A program made the translations under genes and the position numbers. A stretch of 64,000 nucleotides of DNA. It comes from Eledone cirrhosa. Its lineage: Eukaryota. The notes beneath the pieces were generated by a model that had not been told where the DNA came from, did not search any database, and worked only from the letters and a program-made list of their open reading frames with translations. Below, one piece after another: positions 29,875 through 43,958 of the stretch; position 1 is the stretch's first letter; each line of letters begins with the position of its first letter. Location: assembly GCA_964016885.1 (NCBI GenBank), contig OZ024757.1:39990001-40054000 (forward strand), given 5' to 3'.

Positions 29875-30044
29875 TGTTTGGTCTAACATATTATTGCTAG
29901 CTCTTCAAAATTTCGGAGATTCAGGCGAAACAAATCTATTTTGACATCATAGAGTAAGAAAGCTAATTTCACGGTTAAGAAGCGTCTTGATGAGATCATG
30001 AGTCCACCAACATCTATCAGTCAGACGATAGTTAAATAATGTTT

Positions 30045-30100
30045 ATAATTTTGGCACAAGGCCGTAAATTACCCCAGTGCATTACTAGTACTTTATTTTA
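30045..30100 (-). mobile_element. SINE family M 3' fragment
   Basis: TTTTGGCACAAGGCC..CCCAGTGCATTACTAGTACTTTATTTTA. Confidence 0.7.
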
Positions 30101-30137
30101 GCAAGTGAGGTCTGTTTACTTGTTCGATTCCATTCAT

Positions 30138-30168
<31 letters not shown>

Positions 30169-30175
30169 TATTGTT

Positions 30176-30335
30176 ATACTTGGGGAGGGTCATATTGTTG
30201 TAATAATATTGCCAGAAATAATAACAGAACACACTCACTGTTTGGTTGGTTTTCGCTTCTGTATCTTTTATATCTTCATAGTTAATTTATTTGGCAATGT
30301 TTATCATTGATAGACCAACGGTTAAAAATAAAGAT
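30176..30335 (+). repeat. LTR-like repeat fragment (copies at 38989-39295 and 58411-58445)
   Basis: TACTTGGGGAGGGTCATATTGTTGTAATAATATTGCCAGA shared. Confidence 0.6.
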
Positions 30336-30349
30336 ATATATAACCTCCT

Positions 30350-30596
30350 GCAGAGGAAACTGTGGTTAGCTGGATATGCTCACCGACATTCAGGGTTGAA
30401 ACTGCACTCAGTGGGCCTGTGAGTGTCCCTACTCGGCCACACTAGAAAAGTGAGACCGAGGTGGATCTATATTGATGCCCTAAGGACGGACAGACACTGG
30501 TCTGTGGGAAACGCAGGACATGACTGCGATGATGAAGCACAGAGACCACTGGAGAGAACTCGTCAATGGATCTCGGCAATTTTACCCGACCTAGAT
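30350..30596 (+). mobile_element. RTE-clade LINE 3' fragment, degenerate
   Basis: Homologous to 24818-25090 (GTTAGCTGGATATGCTCACCGACAT..GGAGAGAACTCGTC). Confidence 0.75.
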
Positions 30597-31007
30597 TTCA
30601 TATATATATACGTGCCGTGACTGGTAGCTAGTATCTACCAATGGAATGACTAATGGAAACATCGTGTCTCTGGTTCGATTTACCGAGTTCCATTCTACAC
30701 TGAAAGTGAATGACCTCTGGTATCTTGGCGATTGAGACAAAACACCCACACTGGCACCATTCAGAGAAGCCAAATATAAATTCACAACCAACATAAGACG
30801 TAGAGCAAACCCAAATGGAAACAACGAGAAAGAATAACAAACATACTTTCAATTTAACACCACGTGCATCAATACAGATGTCAGTATTATAAAGAAAACC
30901 AATACACTTCCCAGCATGTAACCAGACGAATACGTATCCACATCTCATACTCACTAGACTATGCACCTGCAACAAACTAAATGCATCGCTCTAGCTAGCA
31001 GATTTCT

Positions 31008-31068
31008 TGGCCAACCATTTTGGGAGAGGGGATAGTCGATTAAATCGATTACTGGTACTTTATTTTAT
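31008..31068 (-). mobile_element. SINE family M fragment
   Basis: AGTCGATTAAATCGA..TACTGGTACTTTATTTTAT. Confidence 0.6.
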
Positions 31069-32002
31069 GTATGAACTTAACTACCTCTGGAACACGGTCA
31101 CAATGAAGCAATAGTTATGTACGTTTTGGTAGCTCTAAGATTTGCCTAAATTTGACCATCAAACTCTAAGACACAATAAAACAACATTATATAATATTTA
31201 GTTATTTATTTAACCCATTTAACCGTCTGTATAGAGTTAGTAATCAATGAGAGACTAGGGAAAGTACCTGGTATTTCTTAGAGTTGAGAAACAAAAAAAT
31301 AAATAAAACAAGATATAGAGACAAGCAAATATATAAATTAAAAAACAATACTAAAAAAAAAAATCAAAATTCAAAAACTAAATAATGAAGGCCACGGATG
31401 GAACAATAAGAATACAAGATTTAAAAAAGTGGGAAACAAGAGAAGCTGTTAAGTAGCTAGGAGGTTCCGTTGTTGAATCTTTTCCTAATATCCATGTTCT
31501 CAAAGATTTTGTTTATAGTTGGTAGATCTTATATATATATATATATAAATATATATAAAGATGCAATGAACTTCTATGACTACACCTTAATATCTTCACT
31601 TAAAAGAGATTTCAGATAATGTTAGGTATGTGAGCAAAACAAAAGAATCAGTAAATAGGCTACACAAGATATCAGATCCATTAGTGGATGCAAGACTTGA
31701 AGATGCGTGAAACGCCTTGACATTGTTTTTTTTTAATTTGTTAATGACATCAGAGGCGTTAATGAAATGACTTCTAAGAATTGAAACGCATTTCATCGAT
31801 AATTGATTTCTTACGAATACAGAAGAAGCACACACACACACACACACATACATACATACATACAGATAATATCTATATATCTATATGCATAAATATAGAT
31901 AGATACATATGTATACATATGTATATACGTATCTATCTATATATCTTTGAGTGTATGAGTGTATGTGTGTGTATATATGCATGTATATATATATATATAT
32001 AC

Positions 32003-32035
<33 letters not shown>

Positions 32036-32050
32036 CATATACATACATAT

Positions 32051-32103
<53 letters not shown>

Positions 32104-32183
32104 CATACATATATATATATATACATGTGTGTCTGAGCGTATTTCTGTATGTGTGAATGTTTATCTGACGATATTATTATTAT

Positions 32184-32220
<37 letters not shown>

Positions 32221-33865
32221 GTGTGTGTGTGTGGTGCGTGTGTGTGTGTATTTTAAGAAGAAAAAAAAGTTCCTAAGACTTTCATGCTCATTATCATGCC
32301 ATTAGCGTCATAGTTTCACGACAACACAGTAGTTAGCTGACATAGTTCATGCCACAGTTAACTGATTGATACTTCTATCACTCTAGGTAAAATCCTAAGT
32401 GATTGTTTCTTACAGGAGCTCGTATCTACCCAAATAAACAGATTTAAATTTTCCCGCCAAATATTTTTGTTCATAATGAAACATATCAATTTCTAAATTA
32501 ACCCCAAATTTACTAACCCGGCCCAAACCGGATCTGATTCTCTGATTCTCATTACCCATTTAAAAAGGTTAGCATTTAATTAAATAGATTTCTAAATAAT
32601 TTTATATATGTACTTTATATTAAGTTACTATCTTATCAAAACTAGTCAAAATCGATTCTGGTTCTAGGAAATAAAACCACCCATTTTATTCCAATATATC
32701 TCGTTATATTCTGCCAATTCAAGAAAGCTTTTAAATATAACTTTGAAAGTAGATGCAACTGTGTGAAATTACTGAGTGCAGTTACAGCTAGACCCTGTCA
32801 ACAAAATCTCCATACGGTTTAAATAGACAGTGGTATCTCTAATATACTAATCGCTAAATGTTAGCAGAAGTCCATCCATGAGTCATGACTGAATGCAGTC
32901 TGCGTTCTCTTATAGTGTAGGAATTTAAGGACCGATGCCGTCGCTTGAGGGGGAGTGTCTCCTCCGAAGACCTTCTGCTGCCCAGCAACCCTTCTGAGAG
33001 TTTCTTACAAATTCTTACCACTATTATTCATTTGCATGTAGCGTAATAACATTACATAAGTATTAACGTTTAATAATAATAAAAATGATTTCATAAACAC
33101 ATCATCCACGGTTTGATACTTCCCCTTTCTCAGCGAGTGAGTGTATGTATATATATATATATATATAATGTATCTATGCTTGTTTTTTTTTCTGTTCGTT
33201 AAAACTGTCTAATTCTATTTTGGCGAAATCTTACATCACAGTGAATTCAATTTGCTTGCAAAACCACGCATGATCCAGCGGTCTTTTATTCATATTTGAA
33301 CACTATTCTTTAGAGTTTAACGAATTCAAGAACAAATACATTACTATACAAAAACACACACATAATAATAATAATAATGAATAATACAAAATAAAAAAGT
33401 ATAATAAATCGAAACACAAAGCATTAAGAAATATTAAAATTAAAAATAAAATTTATAAAAATAAAATTAATAAAAAATAAATTATATAAAATTTATAAAA
33501 ATAAAAAAAAAATGAAATAAAACTAAAATTAAAAATAAAATTAAAATTAAATTGACAAATGATCATAGCATGCAAAGTATTCAATTAAATTTGAGGAAAG
33601 TTATCCGCTTCGAGTGATATTCGTTTGTCACAGATACTTCTTATGTGCTTACACATTCTGCGTGACTCAAGAGCAACATCTCACATATCTTTTGGGCTTA
33701 ATGTTTTGTTTCACACATTCTTTTTTTTCCTTCACTTACTGCAATATGGGCAACAAAGAAATGTCATTCACTTTGTATTTTTAATCCAAATATTTTAATG
33801 AATAGCTAGGTTTTCTGATTTTATTTGAAACTTTAGCGACAATTATATATTTTTTTAAATATTTC

Positions 33866-33897
<32 letters not shown>

Positions 33898-34206
33898 TCA
33901 TCAGCATCTTTGGTAGGAGTTGGGCATTTTTTAATGGTTTCTATATATTATTTTACTATTTTGCTTTAGAAAAATACGTATTTGTTCGAAAGCTTGTGAC
34001 TAACTTTTAATATTATTATTTCCATTACTACTACTACTACTACTACTACTATAGTTACTATTATTACCAGTATTGTTGTCGATATTGTGGATATTATCAT
34101 TCCTATTATCATCTTCAACATCCCTATATTCTTGTCATTAATATAGTTAACGATACGTTTACTTTCATTATAATTATGAGAATTAGTATTATTATTGATA
34201 TTCAAA

Positions 34207-34404
34207 AGGCGTTGAATTGGTAGTATCGGTAAAACGCCAGACATCCTGCTTTGCAGCATATTAGTTATATCTCTTTACGAGCCGAATTCAAATTTCGCTG
34301 AGGTTAGCTGTGCATTTCGTCCTTTCAAGATTGATAAAATAAAATACTACTAACGCACTGGGTTCGGTTTAACCACTTCTTTTCATCCCCAAACATTGTT
34401 GGCT

Positions 34405-34435
<31 letters not shown>

Positions 34436-34653
34436 ATGTTATGTTATGTCCCTAAATATTGGACAGATAAAAGAACTGCAAAGAAAACAAAACATAGATT
34501 ACCAAGTAACTTTTACTTTTCGTTACCTCATCTTACAGTCCATTTTGCATGGCTTAGCTTTCTATCTCTTTCAAGGTTATATATATATATGTATGTTGCA
34601 ACAAGGGCGGTGCCCAGCACGGCCTCAGCCGGATGGCGGGAACAGATAAAAGA

Positions 34654-34698
<45 letters not shown>

Positions 34699-35607
34699 CA
34701 CACTTACCATGAGAATGAAGCAGGCAACATTATTAAGTGTTGGATTGGCAGTATCGGTAGAGGGTCGGACGCCATGGTTTGACGCATAGAGTTACGGCCC
34801 TTGCCATTCTGAGTTCAAATACAACTTTAACTTTCATCCTTACGGGTTCGATAAAATAAAGTACCAATAATGCACTGGGTAATTGCTGGCCTTGTGCCAT
34901 ACAGTAGAAACAATTATTAAGTGTTTTACCAATAGAGAAGATAAAGCCATTTGCAGATTCACGATGTTCGATACAGTTGCTTTCTATTCATCGATTTTTG
35001 ACTGTTTTATCTGGATGGTTTTAGAAAAAAATCATTCAAAACCATTATCGACACATAGATCAATAATTCAATGGTGTCATACATGTCATTTATATTTTAT
35101 GACAATTTTTTTAAAATAATGTAATGGATTTCTCTATGAATGATTTAGTCGGTACGATGTTACGTAGGTTTTGGGTATCGATTTCGTTTGATAATATATC
35201 ACACATAGGGCGGTGGATTCACAGGATCGATAGAGCGTCCGACAATATACATTGTGACATAGTTACGACCGTTCAAATCCAAGTTTACTTTTCTCCCTCA
35301 TGCTGTCGATAAAATAAAGTACCAGTAATGCATTGCGGTTGATTTAATCGATTTTCCCCTCCTCCTAAATTTATGGCCATGTACCTAAATCAGAAACCAT
35401 TACCATAGGAAAGTGGGCGGTGGATTGGGAGTATCGGTAGAGGGTCGGACGCCATGCTTTGTAGCAAAGAGTTACGGCCCTTCATGGTCTGAGTTCAAAT
35501 CCCACCGAGGTTAACCTTGCCTTTCATCCTTAAGCGGTCGATAAAATAAAGTACCAGTAATACACTGCGATAATTGCTGGCCTTGTGCCAAAAGTAGAAA
35601 CAATTAT
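34207..35607 (+). mobile_element. Cluster of four same-strand family M SINEs (34207-34408, 34737-34918, 35208-35403, 35415-35607)
   Basis: Each has recognisable A/B box remnants and the GATAAAATAAA(G/A)TAC domain. Confidence 0.85.
34604..34655 (+). mobile_element. SINE/LINE-type 3' tail fragment (second copy ~52740-52780)
   Basis: GGCCTCAGCCGGATGGCGGGAACAG shared, each followed by (TA)n. Confidence 0.55.
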
Positions 35608-35945
35608 CACAGAAAGGTAGAACAAATTTCAACAGCAAAGGACTTTACAGAAACGAGGCATAACAGTATTTCAAGACACGAGCGAGTATGACAGAGAGAA
35701 TTAGAATTACACTAATTAGGAAATATATTTTAAGAATTAAATTTTAAAATGAAAACTAAATACAAATTGATAGGAAAATTTCCAAGTTTTAAAACTAATG
35801 CTAATCTGAGGAAAGCCCCAAGATTACTGTGTACAGAAACATGTATTGTAATAGAAATTATCAGAAATGTTACAGTTCTTTACTGTGTGTGAGATTTTGT
35901 ATTTGTGTGGCTTAATGTGTGTATGTACGATATATACACACAAAT

Positions 35946-35985
<40 letters not shown>

Positions 35986-36103
35986 CATATATACACACTC
36001 ACATATACATATATCATACACGCACATACACATCATATATACACTCAGTCATATATACACACATACACACATATGTATATATATATATATGATATATATA
36101 TTT

Positions 36104-36199
36104 ATTTAAATATTTGCTCTACGGTTCTTATATATCTGATATATATTTATCCTTATCGAGCCCTCTTTGGATTTTAGTCTTCAAATTTATTATTATTAC
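36104..36199 (+). mobile_element. Family A tail
   Basis: Near-identical to 2010-2102. Confidence 0.75.
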
Positions 36200-37345
36200 A
36201 TGATATATATATATATATATATGCATGATAAATATATCATATACACATACATTCGCACACATATATATACACACACATATACATATATATATATATATAA
36301 TATAATATAAATATATATACATATTCTGACGTGTGTAATAGTCTATGCTAGTCTTCTTACCGGTTCTCTAACGTCTTTAGCGGGATTTTATTTTTTAAAT
36401 TATCACAAATTTAATCTGAGTTTGAAGGTTTCCCCACAAATCAAATCTGTAGAGCATATATAATCCCTGACTTGATTCAATTTTACAGATACTTATTTTT
36501 TCATTTTTATACAAATTTTACAAGTCTAAATAATTAGATTTTTTTTTTTTTTTATATAAACAAACGTAAAATAGTATTTATATTTAATATTTTTTCCTTC
36601 TAATTTTTGTTTCTTACAATGTTGTTCATAATTTCACGCTGCCAAGGCATAAACGGCATATTATATTTTCACCATTGCAATGTATTTAAAGAGTTCTAGT
36701 CCTACCAACACAAGCAGAAACATCTGATTTAAACGTCTTCTTTAATAGGATATAGTCTGAGCAAAATATTTCACCTGCCGACTGTGAAAAGATTTATGTA
36801 ATTATTTTTTATGGATCTTATTGACTATTTTCCACTATCTTTCAAGATTCCACAGAACAGCATTATTTAGATTTCTTTGAGAGTGGGAGTTGGGGAGAAA
36901 GAGAGTTAGAGAGAGAGTTGGGGAATAGAATGTAAAAAGAAATAGAGGATGGGAGAGTGAGGGGGGATAGATATAGAAGGATAGAGGAGAGATGGAGGGA
37001 GAGATGGTGAGAGTGGGGAGAGAGAGGTGAAGAGAGGGAGAGAGTTATGGAGAGTGAGGAAAGAGACGGATAGAGTGTGGGAGTCAAAAGAAAAAAGAGA
37101 AAAAGAGAGAGAGGAAGAGAGAGAGGAAGAGAGAGAGGAAGAGAGAAAGAGAGAGATGAAGAGAGAAAGAGAGAGGAAGAGAGAGAGGAAAAGAGAAAGA
37201 GAGAGAGATGGAGTGAGAAAGAATGGAGAAGGGAGAAATAAAGAAAGAGAGAGGAAGGGAGAAAGAGAGAAATAGAAACCATTGCCCTGGTCTGGTATTA
37301 TATTTAACGAAAGCAGTGAATTGGAGGAGAAGTTAGCTATTGTGA

Positions 37346-37430
37346 GGGACTGGCGTACTATCCTGTCCTAGTGGGAGTCTTGTACGCTCTCTCGTTCTAT
37401 GGCGATGAAACCGCGTTAAGCACAGACCGG
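37346..37430 (+). mobile_element. SINE family C 3' part
   Basis: GGACTGGC..TCCTGTCC..ATGAAACCGCGTTAAGCAC matches the family C tail. Confidence 0.6.
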
Positions 37431-37759
37431 GTAAACCTCCAGGTTTAAGACAACGAGAGGCAGAATATATATATTAAAACCATCAAATTTTGAATGTGAC
37501 GGGATTTTTATATTCTTCAATAACGAAACTGATTTTTCGACGATGTAATCAGAGAAAGTGAAATTGATTTTTAGCGTTATCGATAATGCAAAAATCAATT
37601 CAACTTTTATGTATATTGTCAGACCTTCATTTCCTCTCGTTTTATTGAATTTTTCTTCCATTTCTAGTACAAAAAGGTCACTTTTATATATGTTTGTAGA
37701 TAGGTATGTTTGTACGTACGCACGTACACACATATATGTATGTGTACACACACGCATAT

Positions 37760-38135
37760 ATCTATACTATATATATATATATATATATATACTATATATA
37801 TATACACACTCATATATATATATACTATATATATATACACACACTCATATATATATATACTATATATATATACACACACTCATATATATATATACTATAT
37901 ATATATACACACACATATATATATATACTATATATATACACACACATATATATATATACTATATATATACACACACATATATATACTATATATATATACA
38001 CACATATATATACTATATATATATACACACACATATATATACTATATATATATATACACACATATATATACTATATATATATATACACACACACACATAT
38101 ATATATACTATATATATATACACACACACACACGC
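37760..38135. repeat. TACTATATATATACACAC minisatellite
   Basis: ~25-30 bp tandem units. Confidence 0.9.
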
Positions 38136-38988
38136 TACTTACATGAATTTGCATTGTTAATATATTTTGTTTATGGTTTAATAGCATTCATGTTTTATTC
38201 CGTATATTTAATTCAATAATTTAATGTATACTTATTTTTTACACACACAAACACACATATGAACATTATAATACACACAGGAACTTTACATTACACACAC
38301 GGACAATATACACACATATACAATACACATGTTCAATTGTTGGTTCTATCTTAACATTATATATTTCAGTGTTAACACCTAAAATGTTTTGTTTACAACT
38401 TAATATCATACCTAATTTATTTAATATTTTTGATAGCACACAGGGCTTTTGACCAGAGGTGGGAATATTTCCGCATGAATATATTTTTATATATTTCCTC
38501 CTAGTTCATGAAGTAATACAACCTTGACCCCTTAATAAACACTCCATCTAATATCCCACACCCCGACTACTGACTCACACTATGTCTAGATCTTGTCTTC
38601 TATGTAAATATTTCAAATTCAACGCTTCGTTGAAGGCTCCTAATGATTGCTTCAGCCCCCAAAAGCAATAAAAATGAAAAATAAAACTTATTTTTTGTAT
38701 TAATATATTTTCTAAAACCCGCTTACTGATCTTTCTATATTTATAGTGTAAAAAAAGTTTCATACACTTCATGCTTGAATGAACGGTCAGTTTAAAAGTA
38801 CATCCTCCATTTATGCAGTGGTGGCCATAAGTGGACCTGGAAACCATTAGTAGCACATACATGTTAAGTGTGAACGTTTGTGCACCCTCTTCTAACAGAT
38901 CAAGCACTGTTTTCCCTCATCATTCATCTACACATTTCTACCAACGTGTGTATATATATATGTGTGTGTATATATATATATATATATA

Positions 38989-39295
38989 TACTTGGGGAGG
39001 GTCATATTTGTGTAATAATATTGCCAGAATTAATAACAGAATATACTCACTGTTTGGTTGGTGTTCGCTTCTGTGTCCTTTATATCGGTTAATTTAATTT
39101 ATTCGGCCCTCAATGTTTACCATTGACTGACCAACGGTCAAAAATACAGATACAATATAGACACAGACACATATATATAGTCTAACAAAGTTCTTTCGTT
39201 GCACATCTGCAACATCGTCAGCGGTGCTATTATATTTCCTCCCGTTGTATTGTATGCCATCTTTATTTAGTCTGGCAATATTATTACAACAATAT
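38989..39295 (+). mobile_element. Putative LTR preceded by a polypurine tract
   Basis: GGGGAGGG followed by TGTAATAATATTGCCAGA ... TCTGGCAATATTATTACA (TG..CA inverted ends). Confidence 0.45.
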
Positions 39296-39354
39296 TTGTT
39301 TCGACACACGATTTCATATAAAAAACCTCGCAAAACTATATATATATATATATA

Positions 39355-39567
39355 CAGGGTGACCACACAAACACTTCGAGCATCATTATCGCATTGATGT
39401 TTGCCGAGCAACAAAAGGGGCAGTCATCGAGTGTCTACGATATCAACCAATACCACATGAAACTTTGTTAGTTTATACAACTGTAGCCACCAATACTGTA
39501 CGAATATTCCTTTAAGTTTTCATATTATAAGCATTTGAAATGAAGGAGTGTTTTTGTGGTCACCCTG
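39355..39567. mobile_element. Tc1/mariner-type MITE
   Basis: TA|CAGGGTGACCACACAAACACT ... AGTGTTTTTGTGGTCACCCTG|TA. Confidence 0.85.
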
Positions 39568-40542
39568 TATATAGAAGTTTTATAGAAAAGGTAAATAGAG
39601 AGAGTAAGAGAGAGAGAGATTGAGAGATAGAGAGAGAAAGAGTAAGAGCGAGAGGGAAAGAGAGATAATGTAAGAGTAAGATGGATAAAGAGAGAGAGAA
39701 GGAGAAAGAAAGAGAGGGAAAAAGAAAGAGATAGTGAGAGAAAGAGCGAGAGAGTGAGAGTAAGCGAGAGGGATAAAGAGAAAGAAAGAGAGAGAGAGTG
39801 AGAGAGAGAAAGAGAGAGAAAGTTAGAGAAAGAGCGAGAGGGCTAAAGAGAGAGAGAGAGTAAAAGAGAGAGAAAGAAAGAGTGAGAGAAAGAGAAGCGA
39901 TTAACATAGATTGTTAACAGTATGATGAGATTATGAGAATAATTGCTGCATGAATGTCTTGTAATCACAGAAAGAAAGTCCGACTGTCGGGATGTTATCA
40001 ATCGTGAGAAGCCAAAGCCATATCAGGAATGCTATAAACGTCTTAATTCACTGAAGATTATTTTTGAGGTGTTAAAATATAATTGCAGGATATTTCATCA
40101 GATGACATGTTAAAATATAATATGACGAAATATTGAGAGTAGGTGGAAAGTAGAATTGAGTTGAGGTGGTGGGAGTTTGTGTGTGGTGGAGAGATAATTA
40201 GAAACAGGGAACTGATGAAGGGAAGAAAGAGGCGAGAGAAAATGTGTGAGAGAAATAAAAGGGTCGAGAGAGAGAGAGAGAGAGAAATAAAAGGGTCGAG
40301 AGAGAGAGAGAAAGAAAAGGGTCGAGAGAGAGAGAGAAAGAAAAGGGTCGAGAGAGAGAGAGAAAGAGAGAGAGAGAGAAGAGTCGAGAAAATATATAGA
40401 GAAAAAAAAGGCGAGAGTGAATATACAAGAGTGATAGATAGAGAGAGAGAAAAAAAAAGAATTGCGAGAGAAATGGAAAAAGAGATGGATATAGCACGAG
40501 AGAGAGATAAAGAAGTATAGGAAAAGCGAGAGAGAGAGAGAG

Positions 40543-40575
<33 letters not shown>

Positions 40576-41934
40576 TAGGAGGAGGGATATATATATATAT
40601 AATGGGAAAGTGAGAAAGAGAAGGATACAGAGAATTAGGGAAAGATATGGAAAGAGAAAAAAGAACGAGAGAAAAAAGAACGACTGAAAAAAAAAAACAA
40701 GAGAGAAAAAAAGAAGAAGAAGAAAAAGAGATCGTGCTTGTACTCAATCAATTTATAGAATCAGGCTCATTTAAAGTTCGTGCTTTAAACCTAAAATTAT
40801 GAAGAGGGCTGACACTATTGTTAAATATTGAGATGAGATGATAATCCAACAGCGTGTTTTGTTCCCTTCCCAAAAAAGCAATAACACAAAAAAACCAATA
40901 ATTCTGTCAAATCACTGCATCCATTTATAACGAGGCAACGCACGAGCCACTACTAGGTCACCTGACCTTCTAAGGTTACCTGAAAGATTTCGTTCAAATG
41001 ACATTCTTCTATATTAGAAACGTTTTAAGAAATGAAATAACGCGTTAGATAATGTCATTTTAATGATACGAAAACACCAAGACATGGCTGGGACGTGTTT
41101 CATACCCCGGTAAAATATGATGTGGAGATGGATTTTGTTGGACGAACATTACTAAACAATCTAACTAAAATGGCGTCTGTTCAATCAGAATAATTAATCG
41201 CACGGATATGGATTTCCAATTTATTCATTCACGTTGATAATAACGAAAAATAACGTTCCGAGACCCTTAACAGGCTTTTGGAGTCATTACCAAATTAAAC
41301 ATCGTTCCCGTTTAATCAATGAGGATTCAAACCAGCAAACGATCTCACCATCCATCAGAGCATCCATCTTTTATTCAGGTTATTGATTACAACTAGAAAA
41401 TTGCTGGTACGAGATTTAAATTAACTGAAATGCTTCTATGAGAGAAAGCAGCTCCTGATCATAGATTCGGTTGGCTGGGAGCCTAATATGAACATGACAA
41501 TTCTAGTGCTAATGTTAGCAGATATTGAATCAATTCCTTTGATGCAATACATTAAGCAGAGTCCACATTTTACTAAATCGTATTATTTTGCCAAACGGAC
41601 GTTGATATTAGAAATTGAACTTCAATGTATTCCTTGTTTAAATTTTCATTTTTCATTTTTTATTTATTACTTTTTCTTAACCTTCAATTTTTTAATGCTG
41701 TAGGCAATTTCCTTGCTTGCTTTTTGCTTCGTAAAATAATGTTCTACCGCTAAATATGAATTAAAACTCGAAGAAAATGGATGAGTGACTTGCAAAAGAG
41801 AAAGAACACATACATTTTTATAATATTTTTCTTTCTAAATAAATGACATATTTAATCGTCACTCACAAAAAAAGAAGAAATCGGTTTTTACTCCAAATTG
41901 GTAATGGTTGTCAGGTAATTCTTTTTTAATTTTA

Positions 41935-42400
41935 ATTCAGATCTTTACGTTCAAAATATGAATACAAATATATGAAGAGGTATACAGGCGTAATAAGAAT
42001 TAACTCCGTTACGCTTTTTAATTTATAATTATATTTCCATTTTAAAATGTACAAGATGGTAGATATGGTAGAGACGACAGCGGATATTGATAACATGCCT
42101 TGTCATATATTCTCATCCTTTTAAGTTCTGTGATGGGATTTTGGAAAGAGTTTCTTAAATCTTTCCATGTTGTTGATGACATAGCTGAGTAAACGAGGAA
42201 TAATTTTGACACAAACCAAGCAGGCTCCCATGACCGCAAGATAAGGAGGAATATGGTGCAGCTTTCGGCACTACAGTCATCCAACGACCCCAAAATATGT
42301 GTTACGGGACAATGTCAACGATTGTAATGATGAACATGAAATACAACAGGTCGACCGAGTACTTCATAGCGTTCTTGTAGTCTTCCATACAAACCTCACA
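41935..42400 (-). pseudogene. Frameshifted membrane-protein relic, TMEM272-like
   Basis: Stitched frames: VDLLYFMFIITIVDIVP / ILGSLDDCSAE / HIPPYLAVMGACLVCVKIIPRLL..*..GMLSISAVVSTISTILYI; resembles the G..LDDC....IP.YL.V.G motif; two frameshifts and internal stops. Confidence 0.4.
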
Positions 42401-42940
42401 ATAACTTGCAGAATTTTATAATATTTTGAATTTCGTCTTCAGAATAAAACGAACCATTAAATATATATAGATTACGATATTTTAATTTAATCTTAATAAT
42501 AACATATTGGAAAGTTAATCTGCTTTTGTTAGGCTCTGCCAGATGATAAACTAGACAGACATAGACAAACCAAGAGAAGAGAAAAACAAATCTAGATAAA
42601 TAGATTAAATTATAGATAGATAGGTAAATGAACAAAAAGGTAGATAGACATAGATAAAAGAAAGTATACATATGTATGTATATACGTGTGAGAGAGAGAG
42701 AGGACCAGTTTTAAACAAGTTAGAACATTACTCAACAGCACAGAGTACTTGATACTTGGAACTAGCTGTTGAAACGACAAGAACTCAACGACTCTATTAT
42801 ATATATATATATATATATATTCACAGAGATATAGAGAAAGATGAAATATAAACCTGGTCTCCTCTATAACCATAGATGCATAATTAAAGATGACTACACT
42901 CACACACGCATATATATAATATAATATAATATGTATATAA

Positions 42941-42984
<44 letters not shown>

Positions 42985-43069
42985 AGATAAACTTTATCCG
43001 TCACTCACTATGTCTTCAGCACATCCAAACGAGAGAATATATAGTATTTTACATAACTAATTGCAGCTA

Positions 43070-43100
<31 letters not shown>

Positions 43101-43448
43101 TAATAAAGATAATAAATGGTTCGGAGTAAATTAATAGATATAATTGCTATCAATCAGAAATAATACAACACCACAGAATCCAAAGTAACCAGCTTTGATG
43201 AGATTATGTGCAGCTAACAATGAGCAATGGTTGTGTTGGCACAACACAAAAGACTTATCGGTGGAATTACTGCAGAGAACCACAATTTCTGGTTTTAGTA
43301 AAAGCAATACTAATAACATAGCACGTTTAAATTGTATTAGTGAATTCTGCTAAATACAATCTCTTGCAGCAAATAATCGGTGATGATGAGGAGAAGAAGT
43401 GTGTATATATATACATACATGTGTGCGTGCGTATATATATATGTCCAT

Positions 43449-43530
<82 letters not shown>

Positions 43531-43559
43531 AGGGGTGGGGGTATTATAAAGAAGAGAGA

Positions 43560-43655
43560 CGGCTGATTTGGTTAGAGAATTGGATTCACAATCGTGAGAT
43601 TGTGAGTTCGTTTCCTTGATCGGGTGATACGTTATGTCCTTGAGTAAGACTTGCT
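43560..43655 (+). mobile_element. SINE family C 5' part
   Basis: TGGTTAGAG..GTGAGTTCGTTTCC..TGTCCTTGAGTAAGAC. Confidence 0.6.
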
Positions 43656-43774
43656 CCTACCTAGAGTTGCGACCGATAGATAGTATTAGAAACTGGAAAG
43701 ACCAACGGAAACATTGTTTCTTCGGTTCGATTTGACGAATGTCGATCGACTGCTGATATACATAATATTTATTC

Positions 43775-43921
43775 TGGAAATTGCTTCTATAGTACTGGAA
43801 CTGTTTCATTCAAATGAAATCAGTCCTGTAGAAACCAATTCTATATTAAACATGATGTTTACACTCCACTAATGTGTTGAGTACCTTACTAATTGTGGTT
43901 CCCCACGATTGAACCCGAGAC
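43775..43921 (+). mobile_element. Family B element with inverted head
   Basis: CTATAGTACTGGAACTGTTTCATTC (inverted), then CAGTCCTGTAGAA..TTGAGTACCTTACTAATTGTGGTT..AACCCGAG. Confidence 0.65.
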
Positions 43922-43924
43922 TGA

Positions 43925-43958
<34 letters not shown>

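Noticed and set aside
37460-37690. TRG-containing minus-strand ORF reminiscent of a CR1 C-terminus
   Set aside because: Similarity limited to a few residues; downstream motifs absent
39180-39226. Minus-strand CUGACGA-UGUUGCA..UGCAAC-GAAA hammerhead-like motif
   Set aside because: Good stem II, but no stem I or stem III pairing with an NUH site could be found in either topology tried (types I and III)
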